DNA of 43,385 nt from Acidobacteriota bacterium (GTDB lineage Bacteria; Acidobacteriota; Thermoanaerobaculia; Gp7-AA8), in NCBI GenBank assembly GCA_003223635.1, contig QHVS01000110.1, forward strand, positions 1 through 43,385. The letters are read 5' to 3'. Below the pieces are notes generated by a model. It had not been told where the DNA came from. It did no database searches and saw only the letters and a program-made list of their open reading frames with translations. Below, piece by piece: positions 1 to 8,628 of the stretch. The stretch's first letter is position 1; every line of letters begins with the position of its first letter. Made by a program: the position numbers and the translations under genes.

Positions 1-2
1 CG

Positions 3-1187
3 CCGTTTCATCCGCGCAGTGGAAAGGGTGCGCGTCTGGTCGACGCTGACGGCAAGGAGTACTGGGATCTTCTCGGCGGCATCGCTGTCAACGCCCTCGG
101 GCATCAGCATCCGCGGCTGGTGAAGACGCTGCGCGATGAGTCGCGCTCGCTTCTCCATGTTTCGAACCTCTACTTTCATCCCGCCCAAGGCATTCTCGGC
201 GAGCGGCTCGTGCGCGCCTCGGGAATGCTCCGCGCGTTTTTCTGCAACAGCGGCACGGAGGCGAATGAGGCGGCGCTGAAATTCGCGCGGCTGGCCAATC
301 CCGGCCGCAGCGGTCTCGTGGCGCTGGAGGAGAGCTTTCACGGACGGACGTTCGGCGCGCTGTCGCTGACGGGACACGCCGCCTATCGCACTCCATTCGA
401 GCCTCTCGTGCCCGGCGTGACGTTCGTTGCGCCGAACGATGTCGCCGCGCTCGAAGCGGCCGTGGATGGGAACACGAACGCGATCGTTCTCGAGCCGGTG
501 ATGGGGGAGGGCGGCATCATCCCTCTGACGGACGAATACCTCGCAGCGGCGCGACGCATCGCCGATCGCACCGGCGCGATTCTGATCTTCGACGAGATCC
601 AATGCGGCCTCGGGCGAACAGGAATGATGTTCGCCTTCCAGCACAGCGGCGTCACGCCCGACATCATCACGTTGGCCAAGCCTCTGGGCGGAGGACTTCC
701 GCTTGGCGCCGTGCTCACCGGCCCGGCCATCGAAGGTGTGGTCAAGCCGGGCCATCACGGAACCACGTTCGGCGGCAATCCTCTGGCCTGCCGACTCGGC
801 CTGGCCGTGCTCGACGAGATCGAACACGCGTTGCTGCTGCAACGAGTCACGCTGTGCGGCGAATGGTTCGGCACCGAGCTGCGCATGCTGCAGTCCCGGA
901 CGCCAACCATCGTCGACGTTCGGGGCCTCGGATTCATGTGGGGCATCGAGCTCGATCGCCCGGCGAAGCCCATCGCCAACGAACTGCTCGCGGCTGGATT
1001 CGTCGTCGGCACCGCGCGCGACAACGTGCTTCGCCTCCTGCCGCCGTACATCACACCGAAAAAAGCGTTTGTGGAGTTCATCGCAGCGCTCGAGCGAGCC
1101 CTCGCGGCGGTGGCCGGTGACCGGTTGACGGTCACTCCGGCGCAGCCTTCGATCACACCTTACGTGCAAGGAGCGATGTCGAAATGA
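3..1187 (+). CDS. argD: acetylornithine aminotransferase (class III PLP aminotransferase), 5' end outside window
   Basis: The frame is open from base 3 (PFHPRSGKGARLVDADGKEYWDLLGGIAVNALGHQHP...), so the listed start at 120 is internal. Motifs FFCNSGTEANEAALKFAR, DEIQCGLGRTG and LAKPLGGGLP are present. ATGA overlap with argG and arg-gene context. Confidence 0.9.
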   Translation, partial: PFHPRSGKGARLVDADGKEYWDLLGGIAVNALGHQHPRLVKTLRDESRSLLHVSNLYFHPAQGILGERLVRASGMLRAFFCNSGTEANEAALKFARLANPGRSGLVALEESFHGRTFGALSLTGHAAYRTPFEPLVPGVTFVAPNDVAALEAAVDGNTNAIVLEPVMGEGGIIPLTDEYLAAARRIADRTGAILIFDEIQCGLGRTGMMFAFQHSGVTPDIITLAKPLGGGLPLGAVLTGPAIEGVVKPGHHGTTFGGNPLACRLGLAVLDEIEHALLLQRVTLCGEWFGTELRMLQSRTPTIVDVRGLGFMWGIELDRPAKPIANELLAAGFVVGTARDNVLRLLPPYITPKKAFVEFIAALERALAAVAGDRLTVTPAQPSITPYVQGAMSK

Positions 1188-2404
1188 AGCAGGTGAAGAA
1201 AGTCGCGCTGGCCTACTCCGGCGGGCTCGATACATCCGTCATCATTCCCTGGCTGAAGGAGAACTACGGCTGCGATGTCGTTGCCGTGGCTGTCGACGTC
1301 GGCCAGCAGGAAGAGACGGCCGGACTGGCCGACAAGGCCTATCGCACCGGAGCATGCGATTTCTATCTCGTCGATGCGAAAGAAGAGTTCGCCCGCGCAT
1401 ATCTCTTCCCGGTCCTGAAGGCCGGTGCGATTTACGAGCGCGACTACCTCCTCGGCACGGCGAGCGCGCGGCCGCTGATCGCCCGCAAGCAGGTTGAGAT
1501 CGCTCTGGCTACGGGTTGCGATGCGTTGGCTCACGGCTGCACGGGCAAAGGGAACGATCAGGTCCGATTCGAGCTGGCCTATCAGGCGCTGGCGCCGGAG
1601 CTGAAGATCATCGCGCCGTGGCGCGAGTGGTCGATCACCTCGCGCGAAGACGCGATCGATTTCGCGGCGGCGCGCGGAATTCCTGTTCCGGTGACGAAGA
1701 AGGATCCCTACTCGCGCGATCGCAACCTGTGGCACCTCTCTCATGAGGGCGGCCCGCTGGAAGATCCGGCGTTCGAGCCGGAGGCCTCGATGTTCAAGCT
1801 GACCGCCGATCCGACGCTCGCTCCCGACGAGCCGGAGAAGGTGACGATCACCTTCGAGTCGGGCGTGCCGGTGGCGGTCAACGGGGCCGCACTTTCGCCG
1901 GCGAAGTTGATCGAGACGCTAAACGCGATCGGCGGGCGCCACGGTGTCGGCCGCGCCGACCTGGTGGAGAACCGGTTGATCGGCATCAAGTCACGCGGCG
2001 TATACGAGACTCCCGGAGGAACGCTGCTGGTGAACGCGCTGAAGGCGCTCGAGTCGATCACGCTCGACCGCGACAGCGCCCACGAGAAAGAGCGCATCTC
2101 TACGCGCTATGCGGAGCTGGTGTACTTCGGCCAGTGGTTCTCGCCTCTCAAGGAAGCGTTTGATGCGTTCGTCGACACGCTGATGGAGAACGTGAGCGGC
2201 ACGGTCACGTTGAAACTTTACAAAGGTGGATGCGCAGTCGTATCGCGCACCTCGCCCTACTCGCTCTACTCCGAAGATCTTGCATCGTTCAACATGCGCG
2301 GCTACGACGCCGCCGATTCCGCGGGGTTCATCCGTCTCTTCGGTCTGCCGCTGCGCGGTCGCAAGCGGATCGGCCCGATCGATGTCAAGAAAGTCGCGCC
2401 GTGA
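1184..2404 (+). CDS. argG: argininosuccinate synthase
   Basis: 406 aa. KKVALAYSGGLDTSV ATP-pyrophosphatase motif, GCTGKGNDQVRFE, ENRLIGIKSRGVYETPGG. Confidence 0.95.
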   Translation: MKQVKKVALAYSGGLDTSVIIPWLKENYGCDVVAVAVDVGQQEETAGLADKAYRTGACDFYLVDAKEEFARAYLFPVLKAGAIYERDYLLGTASARPLIARKQVEIALATGCDALAHGCTGKGNDQVRFELAYQALAPELKIIAPWREWSITSREDAIDFAAARGIPVPVTKKDPYSRDRNLWHLSHEGGPLEDPAFEPEASMFKLTADPTLAPDEPEKVTITFESGVPVAVNGAALSPAKLIETLNAIGGRHGVGRADLVENRLIGIKSRGVYETPGGTLLVNALKALESITLDRDSAHEKERISTRYAELVYFGQWFSPLKEAFDAFVDTLMENVSGTVTLKLYKGGCAVVSRTSPYSLYSEDLASFNMRGYDAADSAGFIRLFGLPLRGRKRIGPIDVKKVAP

Positions 2405-3738
2405 AGCTTTGGGGCGGCCGGTTCGAGAAAGGACCATCAGATCTGCTCCGGCAGTTCAATGATTCGTTCTCGTTCGATCATCAGCTTCTGTCGGAAGACA
2501 TCGACGGCTCGGTGGCGTGGGCGTACGCAATCGCCGACGCCGGCGTGCTGACGCGCGACGAAGCGCGGTCGATCGTGACGGCGCTCAGCCGCATTCAGCC
2601 TCCGGTGAAATTCAACGAGCACGAAGACGTCCATTCCTATGTGGAATCGAAGCTCCGCGAAGCCATCGGCCCGCTCGCCGGGAAGCTGCATACCGGCCGC
2701 TCGCGAAACGATCAGGTAGCCACCGATCTGAAGCTGTGGTTGAAGCGCGCTTGCGACGAGGCGACCTCAAACATTCGCGCCCTCGCCTTGATCCTGGTCA
2801 AACGTGCCGAAGCCGAGGCAGCGACGCCAATGCCTGGATATACGCACTCCAAGCAGGCCGAGCCGATCACGTTCGGCCACTGGTGCCTGGCCTATGTAGA
2901 GATGTTGCAGCGCGACATCGAGCGCTTCGCCGCGGCCCAGGCGCGCGGGGATGAGTGCCCCCTCGGCGCAGGAGCTCTCGCCGGTGCGCCGCTCCCAATC
3001 GATCGCATGAAACTGGCGCAGTCGCTGGGATTCGCTCGGCCAAGTGCGAATTCGCTCGACACAGTCTCTGACCGCGACTTCGCCGTCGACTATCTTTTCG
3101 CCGCGTCGCTGCTGCTGACGCATCTGTCGCGTCTCGCGGAGGACCTCATCTTCTTCACAAGCGACGAAGCGGGCTACGCTGAATTGCCCGATGCGTTGGC
3201 CACCGGCTCGTCCAGAATGCCGCAGAAGAAAAATCCCGACGTTCTGGAGCTGGTGCGCGGTCACGCCGGCCGGGCCATCGGTGAGCTGACCGGCCTCCTC
3301 GCGGTGATGAAAGGGCTTCCACTTGCGTACGACAAGGATCTGCAGTTGGACAAAGAGCCGCTCTTCCGGATGCGCGTGACACTGGGCGCGGCGCTTCCAG
3401 CGTTGACGGCGCTGATCGAAGGAATCGAGTTGAATCGCGAACGCATGCGCGCCGCTGCGGCCGGCCCGATGCTGATGGCCACCGCAGTTGCTGATGCGAT
3501 GGCCGCACGTGGCCTTCCCTTTCGCGAAGCGCACGAGGTGGTCGGGCGTGAGCTCGCCTCGATCGACGAGCTGGCCAGGGAATATGGCGTCACGCTCGAT
3601 GGCATCCTCGCCTCGAAGAAGGCTTTCGGCGGAACCGCGCCGGAGCGGGTGACGGCGGCGGCGCGCGCGGCCCGGGCGCGTCTGACGTCTTCGACAAGCG
3701 ACCACCGACAACCGACAACCGCCGGGCAGACGCGATGA
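2401..3738 (+). CDS. argH: argininosuccinate lyase
   Basis: The typical N-terminus VKLWGGRFEKGPSD begins at GTG 2401 and overlaps the argG stop (GTGA). GRSRNDQVATD and the fumarate-lyase signature GSSRMPQKKNPD are present. The upstream part of ORF 2230 is out-of-frame overlap with argG. Confidence 0.9.
   Translation: MKLWGGRFEKGPSDLLRQFNDSFSFDHQLLSEDIDGSVAWAYAIADAGVLTRDEARSIVTALSRIQPPVKFNEHEDVHSYVESKLREAIGPLAGKLHTGRSRNDQVATDLKLWLKRACDEATSNIRALALILVKRAEAEAATPMPGYTHSKQAEPITFGHWCLAYVEMLQRDIERFAAAQARGDECPLGAGALAGAPLPIDRMKLAQSLGFARPSANSLDTVSDRDFAVDYLFAASLLLTHLSRLAEDLIFFTSDEAGYAELPDALATGSSRMPQKKNPDVLELVRGHAGRAIGELTGLLAVMKGLPLAYDKDLQLDKEPLFRMRVTLGAALPALTALIEGIELNRERMRAAAAGPMLMATAVADAMAARGLPFREAHEVVGRELASIDELAREYGVTLDGILASKKAFGGTAPERVTAAARAARARLTSSTSDHRQPTTAGQTR
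3692..3719 (+). repeat. tandem heptamer array CGACAAG CGACCAC CGACAAC CGACAAC
   Basis: Four consecutive 7-nt units read directly. They lie in the last codons of argH and end 15 nt before the argJ ATG (3735). Confidence 0.9.
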
Positions 3739-4907
3739 AGCTACCGAAAGGGTTTCTCGCGTCCGGCGTTCGCGCTGGCATTCGAAAGAAGCGTCCGGAC
3801 CTCGGCTTGATCGTCGCCGAGGGGGGCGCAAACGCCGCGGCGGTCTTCACGAAGAATCGCTTTCAGGCCGCGCCGGTCGTCCTTTCCAAATCGTCGCTGA
3901 AGAGGAGCGGCGGACGGGTGAAGGCAGTGGTGGTCAACGCCGGATGTGCGAATGCCGTCACCGGGAAGGAAGGGCTGGACGCGGCGAAGCGCGTGCGCAC
4001 GCGCGCCGCAGCCCTGCTGCGATGCGACGCCGACGAGATCTTTCTGGCTTCTACCGGCGTGATCGGCGTGGTCCTGCCCGATAAGAAAGTGCGAGAAGCG
4101 TTACCCGATTCGATCGCCAGGCTGTCGCAGGGCGGCATCGACGCGCTGTCACACGCCATCCTCACCACCGATGTCGGCCCGAAGGTGACGCAGGCGACGT
4201 TCATGATCGGCGGCAAGCGAGCGCGCATCGTCGGCGTGGCGAAAGGGGCGGGGATGATTCATCCGAACATGGCCACGATGCTGGCCTTCGTCATGACCGA
4301 CGCGGCGATCGCTCCCGCCGTTCTTCAACGTGCGCTCAAAGAAGCGGTCGATCAGAGCTTCAACGCGATCTCTGTCGATGGCGACACTTCGACCAACGAC
4401 TGCGTGCTGGTGATGTCCAGCGGCAAGGCTGGGAACGCGCAGAGCGCCGACAGCACCGAGTTTCAACGCGCGCTCAACACGGTTTGCCGTCAGCTGGCGT
4501 GGATGATCGTCCGCGATGGCGAAGGGGCCACAAGAGTGATGGAGTTGGAGGTACGCGGCGCGCGCAGCGAACGCGATGCCCGGCTGGCTGCGCATGCCAT
4601 CGCCACGTCGCCCCTGGTGAAGACTGCGCTGCATGGCGGCGATCCGAACTGGGGACGCATCCTGGCCGCGGTCGGACGCAGCGGCGCACGATTCTCCATC
4701 CGCAGAGTCTCGCTCAGCGCCGGCCCCATCGCCCTCGTCCGCGACGGCAGCGCCGTCGAGTATCGCGAGAAGGACGCCGCGCGCATCTTCGCCCGCGAGC
4801 GCGTGCCCCTCACGCTCGACCTGGGCGGGGGGAATGGGCGGGTGGTGGTGCTGTCTTCGGATCTCGGTCACGACTACGTGTCGCTGAACGCGGACTACCG
4901 GTCGTAG
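3735..4907 (+). CDS. argJ: bifunctional ornithine acetyltransferase / N-acetylglutamate synthase
   Basis: 390 aa. LPKGFLASGVRAGI N-terminus, autoprocessing site PNMATMLAFVMTDA, ATGA overlap with argH. Confidence 0.93.
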   Translation: MKLPKGFLASGVRAGIRKKRPDLGLIVAEGGANAAAVFTKNRFQAAPVVLSKSSLKRSGGRVKAVVVNAGCANAVTGKEGLDAAKRVRTRAAALLRCDADEIFLASTGVIGVVLPDKKVREALPDSIARLSQGGIDALSHAILTTDVGPKVTQATFMIGGKRARIVGVAKGAGMIHPNMATMLAFVMTDAAIAPAVLQRALKEAVDQSFNAISVDGDTSTNDCVLVMSSGKAGNAQSADSTEFQRALNTVCRQLAWMIVRDGEGATRVMELEVRGARSERDARLAAHAIATSPLVKTALHGGDPNWGRILAAVGRSGARFSIRRVSLSAGPIALVRDGSAVEYREKDAARIFARERVPLTLDLGGGNGRVVVLSSDLGHDYVSLNADYRS

Positions 4908-4956
4908 TGGAGCGGCGGCCTTTAGGCCGCCGGCGGGCTGAAGCCCGCCGCTCCAC
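4907..4956. repeat. GC-rich nested palindrome with three mutually overlapping helices
   Basis: The outer 12-bp helix pairs GTGGAGCGGCGG (4907-4918) with CCGCCGCTCCAC (4945-4956). One inner hairpin is CGGCGGCC-TTTA-GGCCGCCG (4913-4932). A second is CGGCGGGC-TGAA-GCCCGCCG (4931-4950). GTAG tetranucleotides lie at 4904-4907 and 4963-4966. Confidence 0.8.
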
Positions 4957-4978
4957 GCGTTGGTAGACTTCCCTGCCT

Positions 4979-6661
4979 ATGAGGAACCTCGCAGCTCTCT
5001 TACTTTTTGCCATCCCTCTGCATGCGGCGTCACGCCTTCCCGTGCGCGAGCCCCGTGCGATGGTGGCTTCGGTCGACGCGATTGCCTCGCGCATCGGAGC
5101 GGACGTGATGAAGCGCGGGGGCAACGCGGTCGACGCGGCGGTGGCGGTCGCGCTGACGCTCGCCGTCACGTGGCCCGAGGCCGGAAACCTCGGCGGCGGC
5201 GGATTCATGCTGGTCCGCAAAGCGGACGGGACGACAGAGGCGATCGATTACCGCGAGATCGCGCCGCTGTCTGCCAGTCGCAACATGTACCTCGATGCGG
5301 AAGGCAACGTGATCAAGGATGCTTCGCTCGTCGGCTACAAAGCCATCGCCGTGCCGGGCACCGTTGCCGGTCTCGCATTCGCGCACAAACGTTACGGCAA
5401 GTTGCCATGGCCGGATCTCGTCGAGCCGGCGCGGAAGCTGGCTGCGGAAGGATTCATCGTCAGCCAGTATCTGGCGCGGAGTCTCGCGGTGAAACAGACG
5501 GTCGAGCGGATGCAGCGTTTTCCGGAGAGCTGGCGCATCTTTCAGCGCAGCGGGAAGCCATATCAGGCGGGCGACATCTTGGTGCAACCGGAGCTGGCCG
5601 CCGTGCTGAAGCGGATCCAGAGCGATCCGAGCGATTTCTATCGAGGGGAGACTGCGCGCAGGATCATCGCCGACGTACAAGCCCACAGCGGGACGCTGAC
5701 TGCCGAGGATCTGGCCCGTTACCAGCCGACTGTTCGCACGCCCTTACGATCGATGTACCGCGGCTACGAGATCGTGACCATGCCACCACCCTCCTCCGGC
5801 GGCGTCGCACTCATCGAGATGTTGAACATGCTCGAACCCTACGATCTCCAGGCCATGGGATGGCACTCGTCGCAGGAGGTGCATACGGTCGTCGAGGTCA
5901 TGCGCCGCGCCTACGCCGACCGCGCCAAGTACCTCGGCGATACCGATTTCACCCGCGTTCCTGTTGTTGGACTCACTTCGCGGGCCTACGCCGAGCAGCG
6001 CCGCCGCGAAATCGACCCGATGCGCGCAAGCGACAGCAAGACAGTGGGCGCAGGCGAACCGCTCGGCTACGAATCGCCGCAGACCACCCACTTCACGATC
6101 ATCGATCCCGACGGCGCCGTCGTCAGCAATACGTACACGCTCAATGAAAGCTACGGCTCCGCGGTGACCGCGGCCGGGACCGGCGTGCTGCTCAACGACG
6201 AGATGGATGACTTCACATCGAAGCCGGGCGTGCCGAACACGTACGGACTCATTCAGGGTGAGGCGAATGCAATCGCGCCTCGCAAGAAGCCGCTTTCGTC
6301 AATGACACCGACGCTGGTATTGAAAGACGGGAAACTGTGGTTTGCCGTCGGCAGTCCCGGTGGATCGATGATCATCAACACCGTCCTCGAGGTCATTCTC
6401 AATGTCGTCGACTTCGGAATGAACATCCAGCAGGCCATCGACGCGGCGCGATTCCACCACCAGTGGCTGCCGGACAAGATCAATTGGGAGCCGTTCGAAT
6501 TCTCCCGAGACACATCGGACGCGCTCGAGAAGATGGGGCATGTCTTCGCCGAAAAGCCGAGCGACATTGGCGACGCACACGCCGTAATGGTGGATCCGAA
6601 AGATAGAGCTCGGTTGGGCGCGTCCGACCCCCGTCGGGGAGGGGTCGCCGTCGGCTGGTAG
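4979..6661 (+). CDS. ggt: gamma-glutamyltranspeptidase
   Basis: 560 aa. Signal-like N-terminus MRNLAALLLFAIPLHAAS, Thr-nucleophile region PQTTHFTIIDPDGAVVSNTYTLN, GSPGGSMIIN. Confidence 0.9.
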   Translation: MRNLAALLLFAIPLHAASRLPVREPRAMVASVDAIASRIGADVMKRGGNAVDAAVAVALTLAVTWPEAGNLGGGGFMLVRKADGTTEAIDYREIAPLSASRNMYLDAEGNVIKDASLVGYKAIAVPGTVAGLAFAHKRYGKLPWPDLVEPARKLAAEGFIVSQYLARSLAVKQTVERMQRFPESWRIFQRSGKPYQAGDILVQPELAAVLKRIQSDPSDFYRGETARRIIADVQAHSGTLTAEDLARYQPTVRTPLRSMYRGYEIVTMPPPSSGGVALIEMLNMLEPYDLQAMGWHSSQEVHTVVEVMRRAYADRAKYLGDTDFTRVPVVGLTSRAYAEQRRREIDPMRASDSKTVGAGEPLGYESPQTTHFTIIDPDGAVVSNTYTLNESYGSAVTAAGTGVLLNDEMDDFTSKPGVPNTYGLIQGEANAIAPRKKPLSSMTPTLVLKDGKLWFAVGSPGGSMIINTVLEVILNVVDFGMNIQQAIDAARFHHQWLPDKINWEPFEFSRDTSDALEKMGHVFAEKPSDIGDAHAVMVDPKDRARLGASDPRRGGVAVGW

Positions 6662-6681
6662 AATCCGCGATCCGAGGAAGC

Positions 6682-8049
6682 ATGAATCTGAGCAAGAACG
6701 AGCTCCTTGCGTTCGCCCGAGGCGAACGGGAGCGCTTCGAGCGCACGCTGCGGCAATTCGTCGAGGTTCCGACAGTCTCCTCAGAGCCGGAGCGGCAGCC
6801 GGACATCCGCCGCTGCGCCGATCTGGCCGCACAGACCATTCGCGAATTCGGAGGCGAGGCGCGGATCCTGGAGACCGCGGGAAATCCGATCATTCACGGC
6901 CGCTTTGATCAGAACAGCGGCGGTCCAACCGTCACCATCTACAACCATCTCGATGTGCAGCCCGCCTCGCGAGAGACGGAACCTTGGGATTCCGATCCGT
7001 TCACCTTCACCAGGAACGGCGACCGCTATTACGGCCGCGGGACGACCGACGACAAGGGCCCGGCGCTCACTGCGCTGTGGGGCGTGCGCGCAGCGCGCGA
7101 GGCCGGCGTTCCGATCAACATCAGCGTGCTGTGGGAGCTCGAAGAAGAGATCGGCTCGCCGAATTTCGAAGCGGCGATGAAAGAGAACGCCAACCAGCTC
7201 GCCACCGACTCGGTGATCGTTTCCGACACCATCTGGGTGGCCCGCGATCGACCGGCCTGTCCGGCCGGATTGCGCGGGCTGTTTGGATTCGAGCTGATCC
7301 TCGAGACAGGGGAGACCGATCAGCACTCCGGCGTGACCGGCGGCGCAGCGCGGAATCCCATCGGCGAGCTGATGAAGCTCGTCTCAGAGATGTATGACGC
7401 ATCGACAGGAAAAGTGAAGATCAAAGGGTTCTACGATGACGTCGAGAAGCCATCGAAGGCGGAGTTGAAGGAGTTCGCCGCGTCCGGTTTCTCCGTCAAG
7501 AAATTCAAGAAGGATCATCTTTTCAAGTCGATTCGCACCGAAGATCCGATGGAGGTGATGAAACGGATCTGGGCCACGCCGACCATGGAAGTGCACGGCC
7601 TGGTCGGCGGCTATACCGGTCCGGGGATCAAGACGATCATTCCGCCGCGCGCGGCGGTGAAAATCTCCTGCCGCGTCGTTCCGAATCAGGATCCGAAGAA
7701 GATCGGAAAGCTCATTCGCGACTTCGTGAAGAAGCACAACCCCGACGTAAAGATGGTGGAAGAATCGTCGATGATGCCGTACAAGGCGCCCACCACCGGC
7801 CCGCTCGCCGATGCCGTGCGCAGCGCGATGAAGTTTGCCTTCGGACGTGAGCCTGTGTTCGTGCGCGAAGGCGGCTCGATCGGCGCCGTGATCTCCATGG
7901 AGCGTTACCTCCGCTGCCCTGTCATGTTCCTCGGCCTCTCCCTGCCCGAGCACGGGTACCACGCGCCGAATGAGAACTACGACTGGCAACAGGCCAGCGG
8001 CGGGATGGCCGCCTTCGCGAAGTACTTCGAGGAAGTGGCCGCGCTGTAG
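6682..8049 (+). CDS. M20A family metallodipeptidase (CNDP/Dug1/PepV-like)
   Basis: 455 aa. Carries HLDVQPA, YGRGTTDDKGPAL and WELEEEIGSPN, which are typical M20 metal-ligand regions. Confidence 0.8.
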   Translation: MNLSKNELLAFARGERERFERTLRQFVEVPTVSSEPERQPDIRRCADLAAQTIREFGGEARILETAGNPIIHGRFDQNSGGPTVTIYNHLDVQPASRETEPWDSDPFTFTRNGDRYYGRGTTDDKGPALTALWGVRAAREAGVPINISVLWELEEEIGSPNFEAAMKENANQLATDSVIVSDTIWVARDRPACPAGLRGLFGFELILETGETDQHSGVTGGAARNPIGELMKLVSEMYDASTGKVKIKGFYDDVEKPSKAELKEFAASGFSVKKFKKDHLFKSIRTEDPMEVMKRIWATPTMEVHGLVGGYTGPGIKTIIPPRAAVKISCRVVPNQDPKKIGKLIRDFVKKHNPDVKMVEESSMMPYKAPTTGPLADAVRSAMKFAFGREPVFVREGGSIGAVISMERYLRCPVMFLGLSLPEHGYHAPNENYDWQQASGGMAAFAKYFEEVAAL

Positions 8050-8090
8050 ATTCCCCCTCGCACCTATCCTGAGGTCTCCCTGTCGAGATG

Positions 8091-8124
8091 GTGGAAATTT
8101 GTGGACAGAAGTGGCGATAAGTGG
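8091..8124 (+). promoter_or_regulatory. candidate MraZ operator: four GTGG boxes at exact 10-bp phasing
   Basis: Four consecutive decamers each start with GTGG: GTGGAAATTT GTGGACAGAA GTGGCGATAA GTGGTAAAAA (8091, 8101, 8111, 8121). They sit 40-60 nt upstream of mraZ in an AT-enriched patch. MraZ is known to bind 10-bp-phased direct repeats in its own promoter. Confidence 0.5.
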
Positions 8125-8164
8125 TAAAAACACACATTGAATCGGTTAAAAACGGGCCTTCTTA

Positions 8165-8628
8165 ATGGAACTCAGTGTCTTGATGGGGCATGCCCCCGCT
8201 CGCGTCGACGACAAGGGACGCTTGAAGGTCCCGGCGGATTTCCGCAAGTTCATTGAAGAACGATACGGCTCCGACTGCTTCATGACTGCTTCATTATCTC
8301 CATGGACGGAGAACGCGCGCTGATCTATCCGATGCCGGTCTGGAACGATTTCCAGGGAGGGCTGGCGAAAGTCCCATCAACGTCGATGGCCAAATCCAAG
8401 CTGCTGGAGCGGGCGAATTACTACGGACAGGCGGCGACGATCGACGGGCAAGGACGGCTGCTGATCCCCACTGTGCTCCGCGAAATCGCCGGGATCGCAG
8501 AAGACGTGGTGGTCCTGGGCAACACCGATCACCTGATCGTGTGGAACGAGGAGCGGATCCAGAAGCGACTGGCGAAGAGTCCGTTGAGCGCGGAGGACAT
8601 GAAGGAGTTGGAGCTGCACGGAGTGTAG
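8165..8628 (+). pseudogene. mraZ: mraZ (dcw transcriptional regulator) interrupted by a +11 frameshift
   Basis: The N-terminal half (ATG 8165 or 8183) reads ...GHAPARVDDKGRLKVPADFRKFIEERYGSDCF and stops at TGA 8321. The C-terminal half is ORF 8302..8628 (MDGERALIYPMPVWNDF...GRLLIPTVLRE...) in another frame. Removing one copy of the 11-bp duplication restores a single 145-150 aa MraZ. Confidence 0.8.
8273..8294 (+). repeat. perfect 11-bp tandem duplication GACTGCTTCAT x2
   Basis: Read directly: 8273-8283 is identical to 8284-8294. Confidence 0.95.

Noticed and set aside
2230-2400. Long N-terminal extensions given by the ORF track for argH (2230), ftsA (21949), the HU gene (29207), rodA (30862), mrdA (32628), mreB (35077), the membrane protein (26208) and the repeat protein (41364).
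   Set aside because: Each extension overlaps the preceding gene or an intergenic repeat. The conserved protein N-terminus begins at an internal start, often with an SD or a stop/start overlap.
3640-3738. Possible frameshift or gene fusion at the argH 3' end because of the odd tail.
   Set aside because: The conserved ArgH C-terminal block (GGTAPERV) is in frame, and the tail is explained by read-through of the heptamer array up to the argJ overlap. No second frame with homology is visible.
8302-8628. The 108-aa ORF as an independent small gene.
   Set aside because: It is the C-terminal MraZ domain. The N-terminal domain lies upstream in another frame, and the two are joined by removing one copy of an 11-bp duplication.
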